64,000 nt of DNA from Octopus sinensis (GCF_006345805.1 NC_043016.1:24056001-24120000); one strand, 5' to 3'; counted from the first letter of the stretch, positions 11,248 to 22,392 are shown. The notes: generated from the sequence alone by a model not told the origin. Numbers and translations: made by a program.

Positions 11248-13128
11248 CATTACATTCATAATTAACGAGAGCAAAGCATGGGTGTTAACTAATTTACCCC
11301 AAGTATGTTAAATGCTAATAGAAGAGCGAGAGCAATTAACAGCAAACGAAAATAATATAATTAACTTTTCCTTTTAATTACGATCCTCTTTATTGCCTTC
11401 GACTTTGTCTTGACTGTGGTGGTATTCACTTGAGTTGCACTAAGGATGAATTTGAACGCGTATTTAAAGATATTAATTAGATTAAATTATCATTTGCAAT
11501 AAATAAATAACCCTAACTTTCATCCAGGCAAGCGCTTTCATTTTTTTCCCCAGCAAAACATCGTCACTTTTAACAAGATAAACTTTTATTTTCATGGGAT
11601 CATAGAACGGAAACACCAAATTATTTCAATTTTAAAGTTCGTCTTTTCTTTCTGAATGCATAGCTTTTGTAGATGAGCATAAAATGAAAGAGTGAGTAGA
11701 ACTCCTCCTCCTCCTTCCCCTGTGGAACTGTTTACCGACAAATATGAAAGTAAACTAATAGACACTGGAGTGTCGGTTAGACACTAACAAAGCACCTAGT
11801 GTGATATTGCTATTTTGAAGTTGGACTCATCAAGTATATTGCTAATTGATGAGAGCAAATCATGGCTATTTATGATACAAATGTACTGAATGTTAAAAGA
11901 GAGATAACGATTACTTTTCTGCAGAACTGTGACTTTCTTCATTGCATTCGACTTTTCGCTTATTGAAACCCTTTTGCTTTCGACAAACCTGCAACTAGTA
12001 GATGTGAATGCCAAACTGAGCCGGAAATATAACATGCGAAATTGTTTAGGTGTATGGCGAAATTCAACCAGCGGAAACATTTCAGGGACGTATGACGGAG
12101 ATTAAAGTTAAACATCAGCGAGAAATCCAGTTAAACGGCATTACCAAACAAAACTACTTTGTGGTATTTGTTCCAGATAAATTCTTGTTAAAATTGCTAC
12201 AGAAAAGGCAACTACTTGTATGTAACAAGCGACGTTATTGTTTACAAACTGTGTCAAATAAATGATTGATGAATTGTTACTTCTTATTAACCATTAAAAA
12301 ATAAATAACAATCAAAAGTGCAAAAATCATATTAGATAACAAACGCTTGGATACTTTTAAAAGACGGAATAGTCATGGTTGGAGTGTCTTCAATTCACCT
12401 GGTGCTAAGTAACCACGACAACGTGTGCAACAATCGCGACGACAGTTGAGGCACAAATATCAACAAATTCTGTTCATGAATACTGATATATTGCAAGGGA
12501 GGTAACTCACGTGCGACTAAATTTGTCTAAACGTCATTTATTAATTATGAAATTAACACTTTATTGTTCACTCTTTTTGCCTTTTAAGCTAAACTCAAAG
12601 TGTAGTGTTATTAAATATGTTGACATTAACTTAAAAATGAAAATAAGTTGATTTCCGAAATAAAAGCTGGAAATTTTTTCAGGAATATAAATGTATTAAG
12701 AGTTTCCCCGAGATTGAATTATATAATTAGCATGCAATGCAATGCAATGCAATGCAAGAAATATTATTTGAAAGTTTTCCGTATTTCTCACAACAAACAC
12801 ATCCATGCATATAAGCGCAAACATGAATGTATACAGAGTTACGTACCGTGCTTAACAATTTCAGCGTGGTCGTGCTGTGTACCACCTTGAACTATATATA
12901 TATGCGTATATATTTACCATTGTTCGTTATAGTTTCTGATAAACAAAATGAAAGAATAATGATATGACGGCCGGAGCGCCTTTAACCATAGATCAGCACG
13001 ATACAATTTATTTGAGTTTAAAAAATTACCTAATTCTATTTAATGTACATAATTCTTTGCTATAAATCGTGGTTATTCCCCTTGTTCAAAATGACACCAT
13101 GACAATTTACATGGACGTATTATGTATA

Positions 13129-13364
13129 GTATATTTCCTTACTACCCACAAGGGGCTAAACATAGAGGGGAGAAACAAGGACAGACAAACGGATTAAGTC
13201 GATTACATCGACCCCAGTGCGAAACTGGTACTTTATTTATCGACCCCGGAAGGATGAAAGGCAAAGTCGACCTCGGCGGAATTTGAACTCAGAACGTAAC
13301 GGCAGACGAAATACCGCAAAGCATTTCGCCCGGCGTGCTAACGTTTCTGCCAGCTCGCCGCCTT
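13129..13364 (-). mobile_element. SINE-B, full length, with 11-bp TSD
   Basis: Near-consensus copy with CpGs intact. TSD TATTATGTATA at 13118-13128 and 13365-13375. Confidence 0.92.
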
Positions 13365-13394
13365 TATTATGTATAATGCAAATATTTAGGTGCA

Positions 13395-13570
13395 GGCGTG
13401 GCTGTGTAGTAAGAAGCTTGCTTCGCAACTACATGGTTCTGAGTTCACCCCCACTGCGTGGCACCCTGTGCACATCTCCTCTGCTATATAGCCTCGGGTC
13501 GACCAAAGCCATGAGAAGGAATTTGGTAGATGAAAGCTGAAAGAAGCTTGTCGTGTGTCTGTGTGTGTGT
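13395..13570 (+). mobile_element. SINE-A 5' half, interrupted in its central (TG)n
   Basis: GGCGTGGCTGTGTAGTAAGAAGCTTGCTTC...CACTGCGTGGCACC...GGTAGATGAAAGCTGAAAGAAGC, then (TG)n and a mariner fold-back. Confidence 0.85.
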
Positions 13571-13573
13571 ATA

Positions 13574-14097
13574 CGAGGGTGAGTCAAAAAGTAATGCCAT
13601 TTTGTTTAGGACAGGTATAATTACCAACACAGGAACATGTATCATACATCAAAATGAAGCTGATCCTCTTTTGATCACATCCCTATTTCTCTCAATAGCA
13701 ATGTTCCACCTCCAATTGAGATCATGTATCCCTGCCCCGTAAAATTCTGTTGACTGTTCTTTGAGCCACTTCTTCACTACAGTTTTCACTTCTTCGTCAC
13801 TGGAATAATGTTTGCCTCTCAAATAGTCTTTCATGGGGCCGAAGATATGATAGTCCAGTGATGAGGAAGTGAAAACTGTAGTGAAGAAGTGGCTCAAAGA
13901 ACAGTCAACAGAATTTTACGGGGCAGGGAAATATGCTCTCATTCGAAGGTGGAACATTGCTATTGAGAGAAACTGTAACTATGTTTAGAGGTAGGAACGT
14001 GATCCACAGAGGATCAGCTTCATTTTGTATTATGATACATGTTCTGTGTTGGTAATTATACCTGTCCTAAACAAAATGGCATTACTTTTTGACTCAC
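13574..14097. mobile_element. Mariner-derived fold-back element built from two inverted 3' ends
   Basis: Starts TA|CGAGGGTGAGTCAAAAAGTAATG. Arms 13574-13804 and 13854-14097 are inverted copies. Both encode the mariner transposase C-terminus (minus strand: DYHIFGPMKDYLRGKHYSSDEEVKTVVKKWLKEQSTEFY). Confidence 0.9.
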
Positions 14098-14108
14098 ACA
14101 CACATACG

Positions 14109-14146
<38 letters not shown>

Positions 14147-14499
14147 TATATATATATATATATATAAAAATAAGAGTTAAAATCGACTCAATTAGCCTGA
14201 ATCTTAACATTCTGACGAAATCGGGGAAGCGAGAAAAAATAGGCAACATACCAGGGCGATGGTCAATCGCAAATAAAAATGCAGATACCTATGTCCGTGA
14301 TTTCGACATCTGAGATATTCCCCTTCGATCTATTCAGTAGATTTTGCTGCCTGGGGCTAAAAAACTGCTTCTCACCTCTTACACACGCACACATGTATAT
14401 ATGCATGTAATGTATATATTATATATATATATATATATTATATATATATATCCATTATATATATATATTATATATATATATTATATATATATATATATA

Positions 14500-14760
14500 C
14501 AGTAACGAAGCTAAAGCACGCAGTTTGAAGCCGCTTAGCACAGATTGACTTTGAACTCTGCAGTGCATGCGCACTAAGTTTTAACGTTCTAACTCACTTC
14601 TGCTGTTACAGCAGTGCTTAGAAGGAAGGTGTGTAGCGTATGATCGTCGCATTGACCATGACAGAGAAAATTGAGCAGAGAATCTGTATCAAATTTTGCC
14701 AAAAAACCTGGTGATACCTGCTCAGAGGTCTACGCAAACTTTTCAAAAATTTTCATCGTT
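14500..14760 (+). mobile_element. Mariner 5' remnant (transposase N-terminus)
   Basis: ATG at 14658 gives MTEKIEQRICIKFCQK, then a frameshift to GDTCSEVYA. This is the typical mariner EQR-x-CIKF start. Confidence 0.7.
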
Positions 14761-14920
14761 CAAGGCCAATCACAGCAGAGTTCAAGGTCAATCTTTGCCA
14801 AGCGGTTTCTCTTTGCGTGCTTTAGCTTCGTTACTATAGCAACAGTCCTGATATTTATTGATCAGACCTCGTATGTATGTATATATAAATATAAATAAAT
14901 ATACATACATACTTATATAT

Positions 14921-15276
14921 ATTCTTTTACTTGTCTTTCAGTCATTTGACTGTGGCCATGCTGGATCACCGCCTTTAGTCGAACAAATCGACCATAGGAC
15001 TTATTCTTTGTAAGCCTAGTATTGTATTGGTCTCTTTTGCCGATCCGCTAAGTTACGGGGACATAAACACACCAGCATCGGTTGTCAAGTGATGGTGGGG
15101 GACAGACACACACACACACATATGATGGGCTTCTTCCAGTTTCCGTCTACCAAATCCACTCACAAAGCTTTTGTCGGCCCGAGGCAATAGTAAAAGACAC
15201 TTGCCCAAGGGGCCACGCAGTGGGACTGAACCCGGAGTCATATAGTCAGGAAGCAAGCTTCTTACCACACAGCCAT
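14921..15276 (-). mobile_element. SINE-A, near full length
   Basis: Head, central (CA)n, shared core and tail are all colinear with 63236-63650. Confidence 0.9.
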
Positions 15277-15394
15277 AATGTAATGTGTGCGTGTATGTGT
15301 GCCTTCCCGGTGCACTCGAAGTTTTTATGAGTGATGGGAAAGCAGGACGCTAAAATTGTAGGTGCTAGCATAGTAATGTGTCATCTTCAGCTTA

Positions 15395-15850
15395 AATCCT
15401 CAGAAGAGAGGAAACTGGCAAAAAAGCCAAACTCTGTATTTTCAATTCGGTTTTTGTGCCTGTCCTCACCGATGGTCATGATTGTTTAGTAATGACCAAA
15501 AGAGTACGATCGTGAATACAATCGGCCGAAAGGTCTCTGGACTAGTTACATGATAGGGCGCGCAACTCGGAGATCAGGAAGTCTCCTCATGTCAAGTCGC
15601 TACTTCTCCGCACTGAGAGGTAACAGCTCAGGTATTACGGACATATGATTGGAATGCCAGAGGAAAGAATCGCAGACAGCGAGCCAGCCGGCAGGAGACC
15701 AAGAGCGAGATGGTTGGATAATATCCATGGTTTCAGTTGGTCACGTTTGGGAATCCAACCGGAAAGTGTAATGATGATTGTTTCTGACAGGAGTCTATGT
15801 AGAGAATGCTGAGGGCACTACTCTCACGACCCTCCCAAGATTAGAGGGAA
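15395..15850 (+). mobile_element. RTE-clade LINE 3' fragment (post-RT region)
   Basis: Frameshifted peptides NSVFVP, LVMTKRVRS, RNSEIRKSPHVKSLLLRTER, QLRYYGHMIGMPEERIA, GRRPRARWLDNI and SWSRLGIQPE, typical of RTE/Rex3-like C-termini. Confidence 0.8.
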
Positions 15851-17019
15851 CAGAAGATGAAAACACACACACATACATATATATATATATGTATAAAGTA
15901 TATATATATAAAGTATATATATATATATGTATATACACAGATATATACATACACACACGCACACGCACACACACACACATATATGTTGACTGTTTACTCC
16001 TTATGCAAAGCCTGACCACCTCTTGTACTTACACCTTAGATCCCTCATGACGTCTGATGTGAATTTTTAAACCAGAATATTTATCGAAAAGGCACCCACA
16101 TAGATTGCATATGTGATATGGACTACCATGAGCTGCAGTTAGCTTCAGATCTTTGTGGATCTTAAAATGTCTTAAAATATATATATTAGGAAATTAAATG
16201 TTATGGCTAGTCAAAGAGTCACCGTTGATTTCGCACCTATGAAACAACTGTATAGGTGACTCACCAGACTCAAATAGTCGAAGGCGTATAACCTCTCTAC
16301 AACTGGAAAAAGAAAAACATCATAGTCATTAGGCTTTTTTAAACAAAATATTTGTGTGTGTAGGGGTACTGCAAGCGGGATGAGATTATCCCCCTTATAC
16401 CGGTTCCGGCATTGGTGATATTCGAAAGTGCTACAACGGCCATGTTCAATGAACGGGTGATTCCAAGATAGTAGTAGGAAACGTTTTAGATGGGGACATT
16501 GACTAAATACTTCTTTCCTGGAGTTTAGAAAGGTCCCTGGGTCATGCGAGTTTTCTTAGGATTCTTACTCTCTCTCTCTCCCTCCCTCTCCCCCTCTCTC
16601 TCTCTCTCTCTGTTTCCAGTCCTACAGGACATTTTCTTTTTCTTTTGCATTACTCTATGTCGGGCTGTTTTGCGGCCGCACGGCTTTTTGTTTGTTTGTA
16701 TATGTATGTTTTATCATGTTTCTGTTTTCGTCATTGTCCTCTACATTCGTTAGCTATTCTCAGCGGCTTTTCGCCCCTGGCGCCACCAAAAGTGAACAAT
16801 ATCAACGTTGAATGATCCTTTGGACGTTGACTGATGAGGAATAAGCTACGAATTTTCTGTGTGTTATATTCTTGTAATATTTGCGTTTGTTGTGATTTTG
16901 TTAAATTTTTGGTATAGATGTGTATGAGTGTGTGTGTGTTTTTGTGTGCGAGTGCATGTGTGTATGTGTGTATAGTATGTACTAATGTGTATACGTATGT
17001 ATGTATGGCACCTATGTAC

Positions 17020-17240
17020 GTATGGCATCTATGTATGCATGTATGTATGTATGTATGTATGTATGTATGTATGTATGTATGTATGTATGTGTGTGTATGT
17101 ATGTATGTATGCATGTATGTATGTATGTATGCATGTATGTATGTATGTATGTATGTATGTATGTATGTATGTATGTATGTATGTATGCATGTACGTTTGT
17201 AAGCACGTATGATATGTGTGTGTGTATGTATGATATGTAT
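17020..17240. repeat. (TATG)n microsatellite
   Basis: Directly visible tandem TATG array. Confidence 0.95.
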
Positions 17241-17293
17241 ATATATATATATATACTTTCGGTGCGAATGGCTTTACAATCCTGTAATTAATA

Positions 17294-17694
17294 ATAATAG
17301 TATTTTATATAAATTTAAAGCTTATGGCGATCACCGTGCAATAACTAAGGAAAATAGTCTAATAAAGGGGCATATAAGTTCACGATAGAAAAACAGAAGG
17401 CATGGGAGTTGAACCCACATCCCTTTGTTAACGCGACTGTGTTACCTTTAATAATAATGGTACGAACTAATATATAATTCTTAAATTTGACAGAAAGTGG
17501 GAGGCTGATTTGCTGATGTAAAGGTAACACACTTAGTCGCGTTAACAAAGAGATGTAGGTTCGACTTCCACGCGGATAGGAAAGCCTTCCTTTTTTTCTG
17601 TCGAGGGCTTATATGCTGCTTTATTAGACTATTTTCTTTAATCATTGCATGGTGATTCGCCATAAGCATTAAGCTTATACAAAAATACCATTAT
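17294..17694. repeat. Imperfect ~400-bp fold-back with tRNA-like arms
   Basis: Arms 17294-17450 and 17519-17694 are inverted copies (e.g. GCTTATGGCGA, AAAATAGTCTAATAAAG, CTTTGTTAACGCGACT). Each carries a B-box-like GGTTC(G/A)ACT. Confidence 0.85.
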
Positions 17695-17784
17695 ATATAT
17701 ATATATATAAAATAAATATTAGGGAATAAATCCAAATTTACAGGGAAAAATCAGATTTAGGATTGAATCCAATTTTATAGTAAA

Positions 17785-17996
17785 ATATAATATAATATTA
17801 TTAGAGACAAAACCACTATTATGCAAATCAAACAAAGAAAGACTTAATCCAATACATAAAAATTTTTTATATAAATTAAATATAATTAAGATTTAATTAT
17901 ATTTAATTTATATAAAATTTTTTATGTATTGGATTAAGTCTTTCTTTGTTTGATTTGCATAATAGTGGTTTTGTCTCTAATAATATTATATTATAT
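17785..17996. repeat. Near-perfect AT-rich palindrome (~105-bp arms, 3-nt loop)
   Basis: TTAGAGACAAAACCACTATTATGCAAATCAAACAAAGAAAGACTTAATCCAATACAT and its exact reverse complement flank a GAT loop at 17890-17892. Confidence 0.93.
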
Positions 17997-18040
17997 ATAT
18001 ATATATATATATATATGTTTAGATGCATATATAATAATAA

Positions 18041-18555
18041 TAAATGAAAAATGCATTAAATACTACAAAATGTACACGTAGGACAGACACACAAGGACCC
18101 TAATCCACTACGAGTTCTTTCACTCCAGTTAGTACGAAATAAAACCTACTTTGTATTAATACCCAGTTTCGTGCTATTAACGAAAAGACTGGAAACTTCG
18201 TATATCGGTGGCACCCGCAAGATTTGAGTACAATTAGGGCTCGAGAAAAGAAAACAATACAGGATGGACGTACGAAAGTAAACGAATGTAATCTGAAACG
18301 ATAGACGAAGACGGAATAAATAAAGCCTTTCGGTCAAACACGAGAATGATGGGTAATACCTGGAAGAGATCCTCCAATGGAAAAGAGAAAAGAGAGAATT
18401 AGTAAGAGAAAGAGACAATGTTGACCGACCGGTACGCTAAGTGTCCAGTGGCGAAAAGGCAGAAATTAGAAAATTAGTCACGGGTCAAGAGTGGGCAGCA
18501 GATAGAAGGGAAGGAGGATGAGAAAGAGGGTGAAAGAGCGGCAGGGAGAGAGAGA

Positions 18556-18602
<47 letters not shown>

Positions 18603-18695
18603 CAGGAAGGAAGAGAAAAAGTTTACAATTAAGTGTGAGAAGACGAGAGAGAGGGACAGAGGAAGTAGGGATGCTAGAAAAGGAATACAAGGACG

Positions 18696-18742
<47 letters not shown>

Positions 18743-18973
18743 AAAGAAAATAAAGAAAGAAATGCAAAGATATATAAAAACTTACTGTTAACAAAAGTCG
18801 GGATACGTGACGTTCAGTTACCCAATAAATGAAAAAATGCATTAAATACTACAAAAGGTATACGTAGGACAGACACAGAAGGACCCTAATCCTTCCTCAG
18901 TTATGGAACAAAAACACAAATACCCTGTTCCGTGCTTTTAACGATAAGACGGGGAACTTCGTACATCGGCGGC
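18041..18973 (+). repeat. Two diverged direct repeats (18041-18213 and 18826-18973) around GA/GAAA microsatellites
   Basis: Both start TAAATGAAAAA(A)TGCATTAAATACTACAAAA and end near GAACTTCGTA(T/C)ATCGG(T/C)GGCA. Confidence 0.75.
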
Positions 18974-19141
18974 ATGGTGTTGTTTTTCTCACAGACGGTG
19001 CCCAACTGACTTTACCATACTGTGTAGTCGATAAATCAAAACCAAACAATGTGCATACGCGGAATCAAAAATACATTATGGCGACGGTTTACCCATCGCA
19101 TCCTGTACATACATACATACATACATACATACATACATACA

Positions 19142-19175
<34 letters not shown>

Positions 19176-19184
19176 CATACATAT

Positions 19185-19231
<47 letters not shown>

Positions 19232-19248
19232 TATTATATTATATATAT

Positions 19249-19286
<38 letters not shown>

Positions 19287-19293
19287 TATAATA

Positions 19294-19580
19294 TATCACC
19301 GTGATCACCGTGGCCGACCAGGCTATCAGATGTTGTTACACATCGCTGGTCACAATGCGCTTCGCATTGTTTTAGCCTTCAAATGAGCAAGCCAACAGTA
19401 GAAAGAGTGAGAGAAAGTTGTGGCGAAAGTGTGCAGCAGGGATTGCCACCACCACACTGCCGGAGCTTCGTGGAGCTTTAGGTGTTTTCGCTCAATAAAC
19501 ACCCACAACGCCCGGTCTAGGAATCGAAACCGCGATCCTACGACCGCGAGTCCGCTGCCCTAACCACTGGGCCATTGCGC

Positions 19581-19583
<3 letters not shown>
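19294..19583 (-). mobile_element. SINE-C, tRNA(Arg)-like head
   Basis: Minus strand reads GAGGCGCAATGGCCCAGTGGTTAGGGCAGCGGACTCGCGGTCGTAGGATCGCGGTTTCGATTCC (A box TGGCCCAGTGG, B box GTTTCGATTCC), then a ~220-nt non-tRNA body. Confidence 0.85.
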
Positions 19584-19625
<42 letters not shown>

Positions 19626-19663
19626 CATCTCCTCCTTGTTCTCTCTTTTGTTTTTCTGTGTCC

Positions 19664-19700
19664 CTTTCTGTAGAGAGCGTAGGCTCGAAACGTAAAAGAC
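19664..19700 (+). ncRNA. Minimal type-I hammerhead-ribozyme-like motif (Penelope-terminus type), variant core
   Basis: CTTT-CTGTAGA-GAGC/GTAG/GCTC-GAAA-CG-TA-AAAG: stem I CTTT/AAAG, 4-bp stem II, loopless stem III, GUA triplet. The core has U at position 6 instead of A. Confidence 0.5.
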
Positions 19701-19779
19701 TTTTTCTTTTCCTGAGCGTTATACTAATACATCTGTTTGTTTATTTTCGTAAACTCTCCCTATATATAATATATATATA

Positions 19780-19855
<76 letters not shown>

Positions 19856-20259
19856 TGTATGTATGTATGTATGTATGTAGGTAGGTAGGTAGGTAGGTAG
19901 GTGTAATGTAGGTATGAATGTATGTATGTGTGTAGTATGTGTGTGTGTGTATGTACGCTTGTATATTGGTATGTATCTATCTATTATGCAAACTATTTTA
20001 TACAGTCTTTCAAGCTAGCTCACGTAAGATGATTTACTTTTTGGAGAAGTTGTTTTTATTGCTGTATGAGCTTTCTAGTCAGGAACAAAACCTGTTTCTA
20101 TTCATTTATTTTGTCTGTCTATCTATATCTTTATTTCGTCGAGTTAAATTAATGGCTATGCTAGTTTATTGTCTCTTTCATTGACACAACACAATGACAG
20201 TACTGAGAACCAAACTTGTATGTGCGTCGTACAGTACTTGAAACTCACAGTAATGGCTT

Positions 20260-20261
<2 letters not shown>

Positions 20262-20326
<65 letters not shown>

Positions 20327-20449
20327 CACACACACACACACACACACACGCTCACACACACACACACGCTCACACACACACGCTCACACATACACACACA
20401 CACACACGCTCACACACACACGCACACACGCTCACACACACACAGACGC

Positions 20450-20483
<34 letters not shown>

Positions 20484-20547
20484 ACACACACACACACACG
20501 CGCGCTCACACACACACACACACACACTCACACACACGCGCACACAC

Positions 20548-20603
<56 letters not shown>
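20262..20603. repeat. Compound (CA)n microsatellite with CGCT interruptions
   Basis: Directly visible. Confidence 0.95.
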
Positions 20604-20604
<1 letters not shown>

Positions 20605-20849
20605 TTAGTCCTGGTGTGCTTTACGCACCCTTTTCTCTTTATAGCTTTTTTTTTACTGTTCGCTTTTCTTTTCGTGTTTCATTCTGTGAACTGGGTCTAA
20701 CTTGGCTTTCATTGATGACTTAACTTCACTTGACTTATTGCTTCTTTTTCGTCCCCTGTTTTACACTTTTACAACCGACGAGTTGTAGTGCACCTTGACC
20801 ACTCGCCCCGAGGTCAAAATTTGTTTTCATACTTTCGGGATCTATAAAT

Positions 20850-21055
20850 TAAAGCGCCGAGAAATACTCAGAATCGTTGCCGGGAGAAATACTCGGCAGT
20901 ATTTCGTCTGCCGCTACGCTCAGAGTTCAAAAACCGCCGAGGTCGACTTTGCCTTTCATCCTTTCGGAGTCGATAAATTAAGTACCAGTGAAACACTGAG
21001 GTCGATGTAATCGACTGTCCTCCTCCTCCAAATTTCAGGCCTTGTACCTATAGTA
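20850..21055 (+). mobile_element. SINE-B variant with B2 tail
   Basis: Core CCGCCGAGGTCGACTTTGCCTTTCATCCTTTCGGAGTCGATAAATTAAGTACCAG. Tail CCAAATTTCAGGCCTTGTACCTATAGTAGAAAA. Confidence 0.8.
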
Positions 21056-21156
21056 GAAAATATTATTATTATTATAATTATTATTATTGTTATTATTATT
21101 ATTACTCTTTCTTTACTACCCACAAGGGGCTAAACACAGAAGGGACAAACGGATTA

Positions 21157-21214
<58 letters not shown>

Positions 21215-21279
21215 TTTCATATACACACATAGTATTCATATACACACAGACGGAAACTGAATGAAGATCGTCATGTGTG

Positions 21280-21305
21280 TGAGTGTGCGTGCCTCTTTGT
21301 GTGTG

Positions 21306-21342
<37 letters not shown>

Positions 21343-21560
21343 TGTGTTTGTCCCACCCCCAACAACACACATTTAATCGACGGGCTGTCATACAGTTTCC
21401 GTCTATCTAATTTACTCCCAAAGCTTTATCCGGCTCAGGTCTATATTAGAAGATACATGCCCAGTATACCAGTATACCAGTATACCGCGCAGTGGAAACT
21501 GAACCCGAAACCACATGATTGCAATGCGAGCTTCTGAACCACACAGTCATGCCTGCGCCT
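21280..21560 (-). mobile_element. SINE-A 5' half, decayed
   Basis: CAGTTTCCGTCTATC...GAACCCGAAACCACATGATTGC...ACCACACAGTCATGCCTGCGCC. Confidence 0.7.
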
Positions 21561-21943
21561 ATATAAGGTAAAAATGAATCCGGGTGAGATTTGAACTCTG
21601 AGCGAAAAGACCGAACGTATTTCGTCCGACATCCTTACTACTACTGACAATTCACTGAGAGGATTTGAACTCAGAACTTAAAGAGCCGACGCAAATCTAT
21701 AACCCACCATCCTCACCGTTAAATCATTATCAGAAAATATTTTAGAACGACAATATTTTAGAACGACAAAGGCCTAATTCGTTTGCATCTAATTCGTTTC
21801 CCAGAAACAACTTTTTCTCCTCCTTTTCTTCTAAAAATACATTGTGACGTATATTTTGATTCCTCCCCTTCTTTCTTTCCCGTTAATAGACTTGACGGAT
21901 AGACTGCCGGAGCTCCACTACACTTTTATAAGATGATTATTAT

Positions 21944-22392
21944 TGAGTGAGAGAGCAGCGCATGCCATCAAAGTGACACTGGGGAACAAATATACGAAGC
22001 CCAATATACTCATCACGACTACCGGTCTGATAAGAGCATACTAGGCACATGCATCACAACCATATGTGCGCGACATAGTGATCTCATACCATGATAAACA
22101 CCGCTTGACTTTGCAGTTAGAATTGTCTTCATGTCGAGTAGCCCATCCCGTTCTAAAAGTCCCTGAATAAGGTTTGTTTAAAGATGTTGAATAAAACATC
22201 CATGTTTCTAGAGGTGAATTATTCAAACCTCAAAGAATTCCTCTCAGCACTTGGCTATGATTTTCCCTCATTACTCTTACTCGTAATCAGAGATGCACAT
22301 ACCGTCAGCCACAAAGGGGCAGGCTCAACTGGTGAAGGTCAAGTAATTGACAAGCAAATCTGTGATATCGAGCAGAATATTTCCTGTAGCCC
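21944..22392 (-). repeat. Unclassified (TAA)n-tailed interspersed repeat D, copy 1 (5'-truncated)
   Basis: Colinear with 26181-26709. On the minus strand it ends CTGCTCTCTCACTCA-ATAATAAT. Confidence 0.8.

Noticed and set aside
11796-12080. 94-aa minus-strand ORF as a first coding exon
   Set aside because: No recognisable homology or strong donor site, and the strand skew of the left domain points to + transcription.
14200-14245. Hammerhead at CTGACGA...GAAA
   Set aside because: Two unpaired nt precede stem II, the would-be cleavage nucleotide is G and there is no stem III.
18850-18880. GIY-YIG-like YVGQT peptide in the 18-kb direct repeats
   Set aside because: It needs frameshifts, and the downstream R...EH motif is absent.
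19510-19583. tRNA-Arg gene
   Set aside because: The acceptor and anticodon arms do not form a canonical cloverleaf and the sequence continues into a SINE body. The SINE-A and SINE-B heads were rejected as tRNA genes for the same reason.
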